From an uncultured bacterium (lineage in GTDB: Bacteria; Planctomycetota; SZUA-567; JAKLDR01): a stretch of DNA of 64,000 nucleotides. Numbering within the stretch: the first letter of the stretch is position 1; every line of letters begins with the position of its first letter. Below are positions 18,751-26,510 of this stretch, one piece after another. The notes beneath the pieces were generated by a model. That model did not search any database. It worked only from the letters and a program-made list of their open reading frames with translations, and was not told the origin of the DNA. The DNA is taken from positions 11,256 to 75,255 of the forward strand of contig CBDUSI010000003.1 in assembly GCA_965370045.1 (NCBI GenBank). Direction: 5' to 3'. A program made the position numbers and the translations under genes.

Positions 18751-20016
18751 CTATATGGCGTTCGGGTCGGTGACTTCCCCGGTCAGCGCGCTGGCCGCGG
18801 CCACCGCCGGACCGGCCAGCAGCACCTCGCTCTTGGGATGGCCCATGCGCCCGACGAAGTTCCGGTTGGTAGTCGCCAGGCAGCGCTCGCCGGCGGCCAG
18901 AATGCCCATGTGCCCGCCAAGGCAGGGACCACATGTTGGCGTCGAGACCACCGCGCCGGCCTCAACGAAAGCTTCGATCCACCCGTGGCGCAGGGCGTCC
19001 AGGTAAATGGCCTGGGTCGCGGGGATGATGATCACCCGAAGCCCCTTGGCGACCTTGTTGCCGGCGATGAAATGCGCGGCGACCTCCAGGTCCGAAATCC
19101 GCCCGTTGGTGCAGCTGCCGATGACCACCTGGTCGATGTGCGTGCCAACCACCTCGCCGACCGGCTTGGCATTACTGGGCAGATGCGGCAGAGAAACCTG
19201 CAACTCTATTTCCGCAGCGTCGTACTCGTGCACCGAGTGATACTCGGCGTCCGCGTCCGAGGCGTAAAGCCGCGGCTCGCGCTTGGCGCGGCCCTTCTCG
19301 TACCCGGCAGTCACTTCGTCGGGAGCCACGATGCCGTTCTTGCCGCCGGCCTCGATGGCCATGTTGCACATCGACAGGCGGTCGTCCATAGGCAGCGCGG
19401 CCACCGCCTCGCCGGTGAACTCCATGGCCCGGTAGAGCGCACCGTCCACGCCGATTCTTCCTATCGTGTAAAGGATGAAGTCCTTGCCGCCGACCCACTT
19501 CTTTCTCTGGCCGCTGAAGACGAACTTCATGCTTTCGGGCACGCGCAGCCAGACCTCCCCGGTGGCCATGCAGGCGGCCAGGTCCGTGGAGCCCACCCCC
19601 GTGGAGAAAGCGCCCAGGGCGCCGTAGGTGCAAGTATGGCTGTCCGCGCCGATGACCAAGTCGCCGGTGACCACGATGCCCTGCTCGGGAAGGAGCGCGT
19701 GCTCGATGCCCATCTCGCCGATTTCGAAGTAATGCTCCAGCTCGTGCTTGCGGGCGAAATCACGCAGGAGCCTGGCCTGCTCGGCGCTCTTGATGTCCTT
19801 GTTGGGCGTGAAGTGATCGGGCACCAGGGCGATCCGCGAGCGGTCGAAGACCGACTCCGCGCCGAGCTTCTCGAACTCGCTTATGGCGATGGGCGCGGTG
19901 ATGTCGTTGCCCAGGCACATGTCAACCTTGGCCTCGATGAACTCCCCGGCGGTGACGGACTCCCGGCCGCAGTGCGCGGCCAGGATCTTCTCGGTGATGG
20001 TTTGAGGCATGGTCAC
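18751..20016 (-). CDS. leuC: 3-isopropylmalate/homoaconitate dehydratase large subunit (aconitase family, short type)
   Basis: Fe-S ligand motifs IGSCTNGR and PTCGPCLGGHMG. 421 aa. GTG 20016 overlaps the stop of the upstream small ORF (GTGA); an alternative ATG lies at 20010. No small-subunit gene is adjacent. Confidence 0.88.
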   Translation of the reverse strand: MTMPQTITEKILAAHCGRESVTAGEFIEAKVDMCLGNDITAPIAISEFEKLGAESVFDRSRIALVPDHFTPNKDIKSAEQARLLRDFARKHELEHYFEIGEMGIEHALLPEQGIVVTGDLVIGADSHTCTYGALGAFSTGVGSTDLAACMATGEVWLRVPESMKFVFSGQRKKWVGGKDFILYTIGRIGVDGALYRAMEFTGEAVAALPMDDRLSMCNMAIEAGGKNGIVAPDEVTAGYEKGRAKREPRLYASDADAEYHSVHEYDAAEIELQVSLPHLPSNAKPVGEVVGTHIDQVVIGSCTNGRISDLEVAAHFIAGNKVAKGLRVIIIPATQAIYLDALRHGWIEAFVEAGAVVSTPTCGPCLGGHMGILAAGERCLATTNRNFVGRMGHPKSEVLLAGPAVAAASALTGEVTDPNAI

Positions 20017-20330
20017 TCCAGTTCCTTCTCGACTTCCTCAGCCTGGCCGTTCCTGCCCAGCGGGTCGGCCTGAAGTTCCTTGCGGCAGTCGGCGCAGAGG
20101 TCGAACTTTCGCGCCCAGTGGACGGAGTCCTCGGCCTCCTGCCGGGTCTGCCTGGCGGCGTCTATCAGGGTGTTGACGTATTCGCCGTGGAGGTCGCGCT
20201 TTCCGAGCTTGCGGCGCGAGCCGATCTCGATGACGTCGTAGGCCGCCCAGACCCTCATCTCCGCCACGTAGCGCACCTCAGCGCCCAGCAGGTCGGCTCC
20301 GCAGCGGTCGCAAGTGGCCGAATCAGCCAT
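20013..20330 (-). CDS. small zinc-ribbon protein (two CxxC pairs), function unknown
   Basis: ATG 20330 gives MADSATCDRCGADLL...FDLCADCRKEL. The stop is coupled to leuC. The 10 extra N-terminal codons of the track ORF fall in the repeat element. Confidence 0.5.
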   Translation of the reverse strand: MADSATCDRCGADLLGAEVRYVAEMRVWAAYDVIEIGSRRKLGKRDLHGEYVNTLIDAARQTRQEAEDSVHWARKFDLCADCRKELQADPLGRNGQAEEVEKELE

Positions 20331-20345
20331 GCAGTTGCCCTCTAA

Positions 20346-20500
20346 CCACAGAAAGTTCAATCCACAGATTTCACAGATGGCACGGATCAGGAGGTTTGAG
20401 CGCGGCTGGCGAGGTCAGGTAAACCGCTCGCGCTTCCCCGCGTATCAAGTCCATCCGTGCAATCTGCGTCATCTGTGGATTCATCCCGTGCAGTTCATCC
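20346..20500. repeat. solo copy of the inverted-repeat element family also found at 25063-25642
   Basis: 5' arm CCACAGATTTCACAGATGGCACGGATCAG and 3' arm CATCCGTGCAATCTGCGTCATCTGTGGATTCATCCCGTGCAGTTCATCC are mutually complementary. They share the CxCAGATGrCrC / GATGAAC words of the array units. The 3' end overlaps the gatB stop region. Confidence 0.6.
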
Positions 20501-21949
20501 CCCGCAGAGCTCGTCGAGCTTCTTCTCGAGAAGCTCGCGGACCACGCCGGCGTTGGCCTTGCCGCGCGTCTCCCTCATCACCTGGCCGATGAGGAAGGTG
20601 ACGGCCGTCTTCTTGCCCTTCCTGTAGTCCTCCAGCGCCTTGGGGTTCTTCTCGATGGCCGCCGCGACCGCGCCCTCGATGGCGCCCGCGTCGGTGACCT
20701 GGGCGAGGTTGAGCTCCTTCACCAGCTGGGCGGCGCCCTTGCCGGTCTCGAACATGGCGGGGATCAGCTTCTGCCGGGCGATGGAGTTGTTGATGGTCTT
20801 CTTCCGGACGAGATTGATCACCGCGGCGACCTCGGAGGGGGGCACCGGGAAGTCCGCGAAGTCCAGGTCGCGCTCCTCGCGCTCCCGGAGGCAATCGTTG
20901 ACCACCCACTTGCCGGCCTCGGTGGCCGGCGCGCCGGCGGCAACCACTGCCTCGTAGTAGTCCGCCACCGGCTTTTCCGCCGTGAGCACCGCGGCGGCCT
21001 TGGCGTCCAGCCCCAGCTCTTTCTGGAAGCGCGCCCGCCGCGCGCGCGGCAGCTCGGGAAGCGTCGCGCGGATCCTGGCTACGTCTTCCTTGCTGACCGT
21101 GAAGGGAGGGAGGTCCGGCTCCGGGAAATAACGATAGTCCTGGGCCTCTTCTTTCGAGCGCATCGCCTCGGTGCGCTCGGCGTCCACATTCCAGAGCATG
21201 GTCTCCTGGCGGACGCGCTCGCCCTCCTCCAGGAGCTTGGCCTGGCGCTTTACCTCGTACTTGATGGCCGCGGCCACGTGCTTGAAGCTGTTGAGGTTCT
21301 TGATCTCCGTTTTGGTGCCCAATTTCTCCTGGCCCTTGGGCCGTATGGACACGTTGGGCTCGCAGCGCAGCGAGCCCTCCTGCATCTCGCAGTCGGAGAC
21401 GTCCAGGTATCTCAGCAACTGTTTCAGGACCGCCAGGTAAGCCACCGCCTCCTCGGCGCTGGACAGGTCCGGCTCGGTGACGATTTCGAGCAGGGGAGTG
21501 CCGGTGCGGTTGAGGTCGACCAGCGATCCGCTGCCGCCGTGGGGGTCGTCGTGGAGCAGCTTGCCGGCGTCCTCCTCCAGGTGCGCGCGGGTGATGCGCA
21601 CGGTCTTCTGGGCGCCATTAACGTCAAAGGTGATGCTGCCCCCGTGCGAGAGGGGAATGTCGTACTGCGAGATCTGGTAGTTCTTGGGCAGGTCCGGGTA
21701 GTAGTAGTTCTTGCGGTCGAACTTGGTCTGCGGGGCAATGTCACAGTCGAGGGCCAGCGCGGCCTTGATGGACTTTTCAAAGGCGTCCTGATTCAGGACC
21801 GGCAGGACGCCGGGCTGGCCCAGGCACACCGGGCAGACCTGGGTGTTGGCCTCGGCGCCGAACTTCGTCGAGCAGGAGCAGAACAGCTTGCTCTCGGTGT
21901 TGAGCTGGACATGAACCTCCAGCCCGATTACCGTCTCGTACTCGGCCAT
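20495..21949 (-). CDS. gatB: Asp-tRNA(Asn)/Glu-tRNA(Gln) amidotransferase subunit B
   Basis: ATG 21949 gives MAEYETVIGLEVHVQLNTESKLFCSCS, preceded by GGAGGA. 484 aa, with a GatB/YqeY C-terminal domain. The 60 upstream codons of the track ORF are discarded. Confidence 0.93.
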   Translation of the reverse strand: MAEYETVIGLEVHVQLNTESKLFCSCSTKFGAEANTQVCPVCLGQPGVLPVLNQDAFEKSIKAALALDCDIAPQTKFDRKNYYYPDLPKNYQISQYDIPLSHGGSITFDVNGAQKTVRITRAHLEEDAGKLLHDDPHGGSGSLVDLNRTGTPLLEIVTEPDLSSAEEAVAYLAVLKQLLRYLDVSDCEMQEGSLRCEPNVSIRPKGQEKLGTKTEIKNLNSFKHVAAAIKYEVKRQAKLLEEGERVRQETMLWNVDAERTEAMRSKEEAQDYRYFPEPDLPPFTVSKEDVARIRATLPELPRARRARFQKELGLDAKAAAVLTAEKPVADYYEAVVAAGAPATEAGKWVVNDCLREREERDLDFADFPVPPSEVAAVINLVRKKTINNSIARQKLIPAMFETGKGAAQLVKELNLAQVTDAGAIEGAVAAAIEKNPKALEDYRKGKKTAVTFLIGQVMRETRGKANAGVVRELLEKKLDELCGG

Positions 21950-22100
21950 TCTTTTCAGTTCCTCCAGTTCCGCCGGATTATAGCGTTCGCCCAACGGGGA
22001 GCAAGTGAGGGGGGATGGAAGGAGGGGGAAAGCGTGCTGGCCACGCCGCGCGGCGCTATTATGATGTTCGGTGGCTGGAATAGTCCACCTGTCATGTTTG

Positions 22101-22135
22101 CAAAACAGCCGCGTAGGTGAGAAGCGCACCGCGGC
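22101..22135 (-). terminator. candidate intrinsic terminator after the 22149-23579 gene
   Basis: Minus strand reads GCCGCG GTG cgcttct CAC cta CGCGGC followed by TGTTTTGC, beginning 14 nt after the stop. Confidence 0.45.
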
Positions 22136-22148
22136 GGGCCCGAATACT

Positions 22149-23579
22149 CTAGCCGCCGAAGGACTCCTTCTTGCCGTCCGCGTAGATGACTTGGTCGGTC
22201 TCGAACTCCACTTTCAGATCCTTCTTGGCAATGGTCCTTAGTCGTGTATGCGAGTTCATGAACTGGTTGTATGCCACGCCGCCTTTGACCCTGGCGGTAC
22301 CACCGGCAGGGATGTTCACTTCTTCGGTCCAGCCCACACGCATGATCACTTTTCCAAACAGATCCTTAAAGATCACGGTCCCTTTGAAAGCGCGGATGGG
22401 CTTCTTGAGATTGTTAGCGACCTCTAGTTCAAGGGAAATGCGGGCCTTGTAACGGCCCGCGCCGATGTCCACATCGGAGAACGCTTTCTCAATGAGCTTG
22501 ATCCCCAGAGCGATTACCTGCGCTTTGGCCGATTCGCGATCAATCATGCTCTTGGGAATCCTTATCTTCATCTCTCCCTTGCCGCCCAAGGCCGCAACTG
22601 GCAGGCGCAGGTCCAGGTGCTTTGCGGCTTCGACCGGCACTTCAAACACCAGGACATCGCTCACCGATTTGCCTGGATATACAGAAGTCGCCGTCCGAAT
22701 CTGTCCTTCGACCTTTGTGCCCACGCCGAAGGTAATCCGCTTGTAGGAATTCCCGGCGTTGTCTTTGAGCGAGGCTGCCCTGTTCGCAAGCGAAAACCGC
22801 TCCCTGGTGCCCCATCCCTTGAAGTCGAGCTTCTTGGTACTGCTCTTGTTGGCGACGCGCATGACAATCTTGAGCAATCTATCCTTGGAGCGTGACTCCT
22901 CGCCGAACAGGTCCTTGACCTTGACGTGGCCTACCTTGACCTCCCTCACCGAAACCTGGACAGCTTCCCAGGTGGCTGCTTCTTTGCCCGCCACGACCCA
23001 GGTCTCTTCAGCGGAGGGCGGTTTTTCGTCAGGGACATGCGTAGGCCCGGGTTTCTCCCGCTCTCCGGAAGTCGGTCCCTCAGGCAACCTAGTCTTGCCA
23101 ACCTTCCTCTGGGCCTCCTCGCGGGCCTTCTCCTCTTGCTTTTCAGCTTCATCGATGGCCTCGCTGACCGCCGCGCCTGTGCCGGCCACGCAGCCGCCAG
23201 TGAGCACAACGCAACCGCCGACAAGCAGGGCAATCACGAAAATGATCGCCGCAATGATTCCGCATGTGATTCCAAAACCCCAGCCGAAGGGCCCGGCCCT
23301 CCTCGGGGCTGGCGCGGGTGACTGGGCTACGGGGATGACCTCGGCCTCGACGACCTGCGCCGGGAGTATCTCGACTTTGGGCGTCCGCCGGGCCAGCTTG
23401 GCTTGGCGGTCAGCCTCGCGCTGGCGCTGTTGCTCGACCTGGGCGCGCTTCTTCTCGTCCTTGAGCTGCTGTTTGACGGCCGGGACGCAGCGGGGACAGA
23501 CCACCACGCCGCCGATTCTGCGCGCGGCCTCGCTGGAGACCTTCCGTCCACAGTGCTTGCAGTTCAATAGTTCGGGCAA
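22149..23579 (-). CDS. membrane protein: N-terminal zinc ribbon, charged coiled segment, one TM, two extracytoplasmic beta-rich (DUF4352-like) domains
   Basis: TTG start at 23579 preceded by GGGAGGAA. CKHCG..CPRC; KQQLKDEKKRAQVEQQRQREADRQ; TM FGITCGIIAAIIFVIALLVGGCVVL; pattern VSVREVKVGHVKV...LLKIVMRVANKS...LKDNAGNSY...YPGKSVSDVLVFEVP. Sampled lines are 29/60 and 31/60 G+C, well below neighbours. Confidence 0.7.
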   Translation of the reverse strand: MPELLNCKHCGRKVSSEAARRIGGVVVCPRCVPAVKQQLKDEKKRAQVEQQRQREADRQAKLARRTPKVEILPAQVVEAEVIPVAQSPAPAPRRAGPFGWGFGITCGIIAAIIFVIALLVGGCVVLTGGCVAGTGAAVSEAIDEAEKQEEKAREEAQRKVGKTRLPEGPTSGEREKPGPTHVPDEKPPSAEETWVVAGKEAATWEAVQVSVREVKVGHVKVKDLFGEESRSKDRLLKIVMRVANKSSTKKLDFKGWGTRERFSLANRAASLKDNAGNSYKRITFGVGTKVEGQIRTATSVYPGKSVSDVLVFEVPVEAAKHLDLRLPVAALGGKGEMKIRIPKSMIDRESAKAQVIALGIKLIEKAFSDVDIGAGRYKARISLELEVANNLKKPIRAFKGTVIFKDLFGKVIMRVGWTEEVNIPAGGTARVKGGVAYNQFMNSHTRLRTIAKKDLKVEFETDQVIYADGKKESFGG

Positions 23580-23659
23580 AACCTATTCCTCCCGATCACC
23601 GCCAAGTCCACACCCCCCGTTATTATCTGAAGCCAACCGCTCCCAGTTTCCCTCTCAGT

Positions 23660-23688
23660 AATATAGCTCGCCGAGGTCCGGAAGTCAA
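23660..23688 (-). promoter_or_regulatory. near-consensus sigma70-type promoter for the 22149-23579 gene
   Basis: Minus strand reads TTGACT-17 nt-TATATT, about 75 nt upstream of the TTG start. Confidence 0.6.
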
Positions 23689-23690
23689 GA

Positions 23691-23723
23691 CTCGCAACGA
23701 AATTTCGAGTTTCGCGTTGCGAG
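23691..23723. promoter_or_regulatory. perfect 9-bp inverted repeat (operator-like) abutting the -35 of the minus-strand promoter
   Basis: CTCGCAACG-15 nt-CGTTGCGAG. The spacer contains the palindrome CGAAATTTCG. Confidence 0.45.
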
Positions 23724-23763
23724 TTCCGCCATGCGTCGCGATTCGGGGTACACGTGGCAGCTC

Positions 23764-23784
23764 GGTTTTCGGTTTTCAGTTTTC
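23764..23784. repeat. three tandem T-tract heptamers
   Basis: GGTTTTC GGTTTTC AGTTTTC in the divergent intergenic region. Confidence 0.5.
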
Positions 23785-23902
23785 CGTCCCGGCCCGACGA
23801 GCAAGTTCATTCTTTCAGCGCTTCCCGTTTCGCGTATATGCCAGTATATCAGTCAGTTGCGTACTGTGGGGCCGACCGGGAGAATATTATATCAAAATTT
23901 AC

Positions 23903-23931
23903 TTGACACTCTGGCGACTTCGGTGTACAAT
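23903..23931 (+). promoter_or_regulatory. consensus sigma70-type promoter for the 23955-25058 gene
   Basis: TTGACA-17 nt-TACAAT, then GGGGAG 5 nt before ATG 23955. The line 23881-23940 is 22/60 G+C. Confidence 0.65.
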
Positions 23932-23954
23932 ACTGGTAGGTCTGGGGAGTTGAC

Positions 23955-25058
23955 ATGCCTGAAGCGGTTGAGGACGGGGTCCGGCGGGTACTGCGCCAGG
24001 TGGCCTGCCTGCGCTTGCAGGGGGTCCACTGGGCGGGTGCGGCCGAGCAGGTCGATGGTTTGTCCGCCGACGAGCTTCTGGACATCTGCTGGGAACACGA
24101 AGAGCTCTGGGAGAAAACCTGCGCCCGCGCCGAGCGCGACATGGTGCGCCGTCTGGCCGGCCGGGCGCTGACCATTCTTGAAGAGGTCATGACGGGCGGC
24201 GATGAGTCGCTGGCCGCCCGCGCCTCGGAAGCGGTGCTGCTCCACCAGCGCCACCTGGACCGTATGAACGGGGAGAGGGAACTGTCGACTCCCGGAGCGG
24301 CGCCCCTGGGCGCCCGAGGGGAGGCGATTCTCTTGCCTGAACCACGCCAGGGAGGGCGGAACCTCGACGGCTTGACAGGAGGTCAAGAGACATCGTTTGG
24401 GGAGGGGCCGCAGAACGGCAATGAACCGCCAACCGACTCCCCCGAAGAAATCAGGGAGATCGCCCTGCGGGCCATGCGCCGGCTGGACGAACTCTTGCCC
24501 GAGGCGCCGCCCACCGCGCTGCGCGCCGCCGAGGGGATACTGCGGCATTACAGGTACTGGCACTGGTCGAACGCGGTCATTTCCCGACGTGGCCGGGCGG
24601 CGAAGACGCGCAAAGAACCCGACTGGAAGGCCATCCTGCCCTGGCAGGAGGAGGACGCACCGCCGCCGCCCGACAGGATTTCAATCCACGAGAACGGGGC
24701 GCTGATCGGCCAGGAGGGCAGAGTAGTAGAGTTCGCGCGGCCCGGCGTCTCCAGCGAGTCATGGGAGAAGACCGGCGCGGAGGCCGACGAGTACATTCGC
24801 GAACTCGTTCAGGGCGAAAAGCCCGGCGTGGAGTTCATGTGGTACGGCCACTGGCTTACGACGCACCTTGAGCGCATCGCCGGTCGCGACAACATTCCCT
24901 GGCCGCCGCCCGAAGAGATGGTTTCCGGCAGATGGTACGCCGTCTATGACGAAGAGCTGCGCGATCTGAGAGTGAAACCGCTGCCAGATGCATGGCAAAC
25001 CGGCGACCCCGAACCCCCCGACGGCTGGGGCCCTAATTCGCGGGCAAGCCCCAACTGA
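23955..25058 (+). CDS. hypothetical acidic, Trp-rich cytoplasmic protein (367 aa), no recognisable domain
   Basis: Promoter plus SD plus ATG. High third-position G+C throughout, read codon by codon. Preferred over the antisense 223-aa ORF at 23892-24563. Confidence 0.6.
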   Translation: MPEAVEDGVRRVLRQVACLRLQGVHWAGAAEQVDGLSADELLDICWEHEELWEKTCARAERDMVRRLAGRALTILEEVMTGGDESLAARASEAVLLHQRHLDRMNGERELSTPGAAPLGARGEAILLPEPRQGGRNLDGLTGGQETSFGEGPQNGNEPPTDSPEEIREIALRAMRRLDELLPEAPPTALRAAEGILRHYRYWHWSNAVISRRGRAAKTRKEPDWKAILPWQEEDAPPPPDRISIHENGALIGQEGRVVEFARPGVSSESWEKTGAEADEYIRELVQGEKPGVEFMWYGHWLTTHLERIAGRDNIPWPPPEEMVSGRWYAVYDEELRDLRVKPLPDAWQTGDPEPPDGWGPNSRASPN

Positions 25059-25062
25059 TTAG

Positions 25063-25642
25063 CCGCAGATGGACGCAGATAGACGGAGATTGGGACTTGG
25101 ATCGCGGATAACGATGCCAGTGGGGCGGAAGGCTCCCGCCGCGGATAACTATCACCGTTCATCGGCGTTTATCCGCGGTTCCAACAGCCTGTCTTCCGCA
25201 GATAGCGTGGATTGTTAACCACCAAGACACCAAGACACGAAGAGGGGCTTGGGTCGCGGATTTCGGCACTCGGTTAAGCGAAAGACGCCCGCCGCGGATA
25301 GCTGTCTCCGTTCATCTGCGTTTATCCGCGGTTCCCAAAGCCTGTTTTCCGCAGATGGACGCAGATAGCGCAGATAGAATAGATAGAGGGATTTGAACCG
25401 CGGATGAACGGTTACGGTTCACCCGAGTCATCCGCCGCGGAAGCTCAACGGCGTTCATCTGCGTTCATCTGCGGTTCCCAACTGCTGCGGTTCCAACAGC
25501 CTGTTTTCCGCAGATGGACGCAGATAGCGCAGATTAGGATTTAGATCGCGGACATGCCAGCTCGGTCAAGCCAGGGCTCCCGCCGCGGAACTATCACCGT
25601 TCATCGGCGTTCATCCGCGGTTCCCAACTGCTGCGGTTCCAA
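25063..25642. repeat. BIME-like array of four tandem composite inverted-repeat units
   Basis: Units lie at 25063-25195, 25196-25348, 25349-25507 and 25508-25642. Each has a 5' box CCGCAGATGGACGCAGATAG, an internal CGCGGAT word, a hairpin such as CCGCGGATAA-20 nt-TTATCCGCGG (25139-25178), and a tail GGTTCC(C)AA(CTGCTGCGGTTCCAA)CAGCCTGTYTT. The 5' box is the reverse complement of the 3' ATCTGCGTTCATCTGCGG box. Confidence 0.85.
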
Positions 25643-25649
25643 TCTCCCC

Positions 25650-25677
25650 TTGAATCGCCGCAGAGGTGTGCTATCAT
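25650..25677 (+). promoter_or_regulatory. candidate extended -10 sigma70-type promoter for rplC
   Basis: TTGAAT-16 nt-(TGc)TATCAT immediately after the repeat array. Confidence 0.5.
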
Positions 25678-25693
25678 GCCCTCTTCGTCAAAT

Positions 25694-25779
25694 CCGGCTT
25701 TCGTCGCGGGGGGGCGAGTGAGCCGGCCCCTTGAAGATTCACCCCGCAAACTGACCGGCCCTCCCCCGCACCGGGTCAG
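25694..25779 (+). promoter_or_regulatory. structured 5' leader of rplC (two hairpins)
   Basis: Hairpin 1 is CCGGCT...AGCCGG (25694-25726) with inner TCGC/GCGA pairs. Hairpin 2 is CTGACCGG-12 nt loop CCCTCCCCCGCA-CCGGGTCAG (25751-25779). The SD GGAG lies at 25787-25790, and the C-rich loop contains CCTCC-like anti-SD sequence. Confidence 0.4.
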
Positions 25780-25797
25780 GCGGTTTGGAGAGAAGCC

Positions 25798-26484
25798 ATG
25801 CATAAACCCGCTATTCTCGGCAAGAAGCTGGGTATGACCCAGATCTTCGTGGACGGCCAGCGCATCCCGGTCACGGTCATCCAGGCCGGGCCCTGCCACG
25901 TAACGCAGGTGAAGAACGCCGAAACAGACGGCTACAACGCCCTGCAGCTGGGCTTCATCGACAAGCCCGAGCGGCTGGTCCGCATGCCCGAGGCCGGCCA
26001 CGCCAAGAAGGCCGGGGTCGCCGCCAAGCGCCACCACCGCGAGATCCGCTACCCCGCCGACGTCGAGCCGGACCTCGAGCTTGGCGCGGAAGTCAAGGTC
26101 GACGTGTTCGAAGGCGTCGTGAAGTTGGACGTCACCGGAGTCAGCAAGGGCAAGGGCTTCGCCGGGGTCATGAAGCGCTGGAACTTCGGCGGCGGCCGCG
26201 CCTCGCACGGCGCCAGCAAGAGTCACCGTCGGCCCGGGGGCATCGGCCGCGCGGGCAGCACCTCCCGCGGCGTATTCCTGGGCAAGAAGATGCCCGGCCA
26301 CATGGGCGCCGAAAGGGTCACCCTGCGCTGCCGGCTGGTCAAGATCGACGCTGAGAAGAACCTGCTCCTGGTAAAGGGCCCGGTGCCCGGCGCGGACGGC
26401 GGCCTGCTCTTCATCCGCCGCTCGGTGCGCGAGTACGGCCCCATCCAGAAGCCCGAGAAGAAAGAGGAGAAGGCCGAAGAGTAG
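25798..26484 (+). CDS. rplC: 50S ribosomal protein L3
   Basis: MHKPAILGKKLGMTQIF..IPVTVIQ...VTGVSKGKGFAGVMKRWNFGGG..HG.SKSHRRPGGIG...NLLLVKGPVPGA is a clear L3 pattern. No rpsJ is upstream and no rplD downstream. Confidence 0.93.
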   Translation: MHKPAILGKKLGMTQIFVDGQRIPVTVIQAGPCHVTQVKNAETDGYNALQLGFIDKPERLVRMPEAGHAKKAGVAAKRHHREIRYPADVEPDLELGAEVKVDVFEGVVKLDVTGVSKGKGFAGVMKRWNFGGGRASHGASKSHRRPGGIGRAGSTSRGVFLGKKMPGHMGAERVTLRCRLVKIDAEKNLLLVKGPVPGADGGLLFIRRSVREYGPIQKPEKKEEKAEE

Positions 26485-26510
26485 CGCGCGCTTCTGAACG
26501 TGAAAACAAT

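Noticed and set aside
23753-23769. Sigma-54 promoter for the NtrC-type regulator's regulon (TGGCAG-N5-TTTTC)
   Set aside because: The -12 element lacks the GC of the TGGCAC-N5-TTGC consensus. I found no convincing -24/-12 promoter in any intergenic region of the window.
23717-24171. Small plus-strand ORFs (78 and 146 aa) in the AT-rich spacer
   Set aside because: They start upstream of, or run across, the plus-strand promoter and overlap the better-supported gene out of frame. They have no RBS.
23892-24563. 223-aa minus-strand ORF overlapping the 23955-25058 gene
   Set aside because: The plus-strand frame has a consensus promoter, an SD and an ATG, is longer, and shows the expected high third-position G+C. 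The minus ORF would start inside that gene and run through its promoter.
25385-25410. tRNA-like T-arm string GGGATTTGAACCGCGGA
   Set aside because: The flanking bases do not form a T-stem (GAGGG would need CCCTC, but the sequence is CCGCG). No acceptor or anticodon arms can be drawn. It is part of repeat unit 3.
25063-25642. Possible CRISPR array
   Set aside because: Repeat spacing is irregular (133, 153 and 159 bp). The units are long composite structures with internal inverted repeats rather than short identical repeats separated by unique spacers. No cas genes are nearby.
22101-25797. Prophage or integrative element interpretation of the low-GC island plus repeats
   Set aside because: There is no integrase, recombinase, transposase or phage structural gene, and no flanking direct repeats or tRNA target. 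Only composition and the promoters suggest foreign origin, so it is reported as an island of unknown nature.
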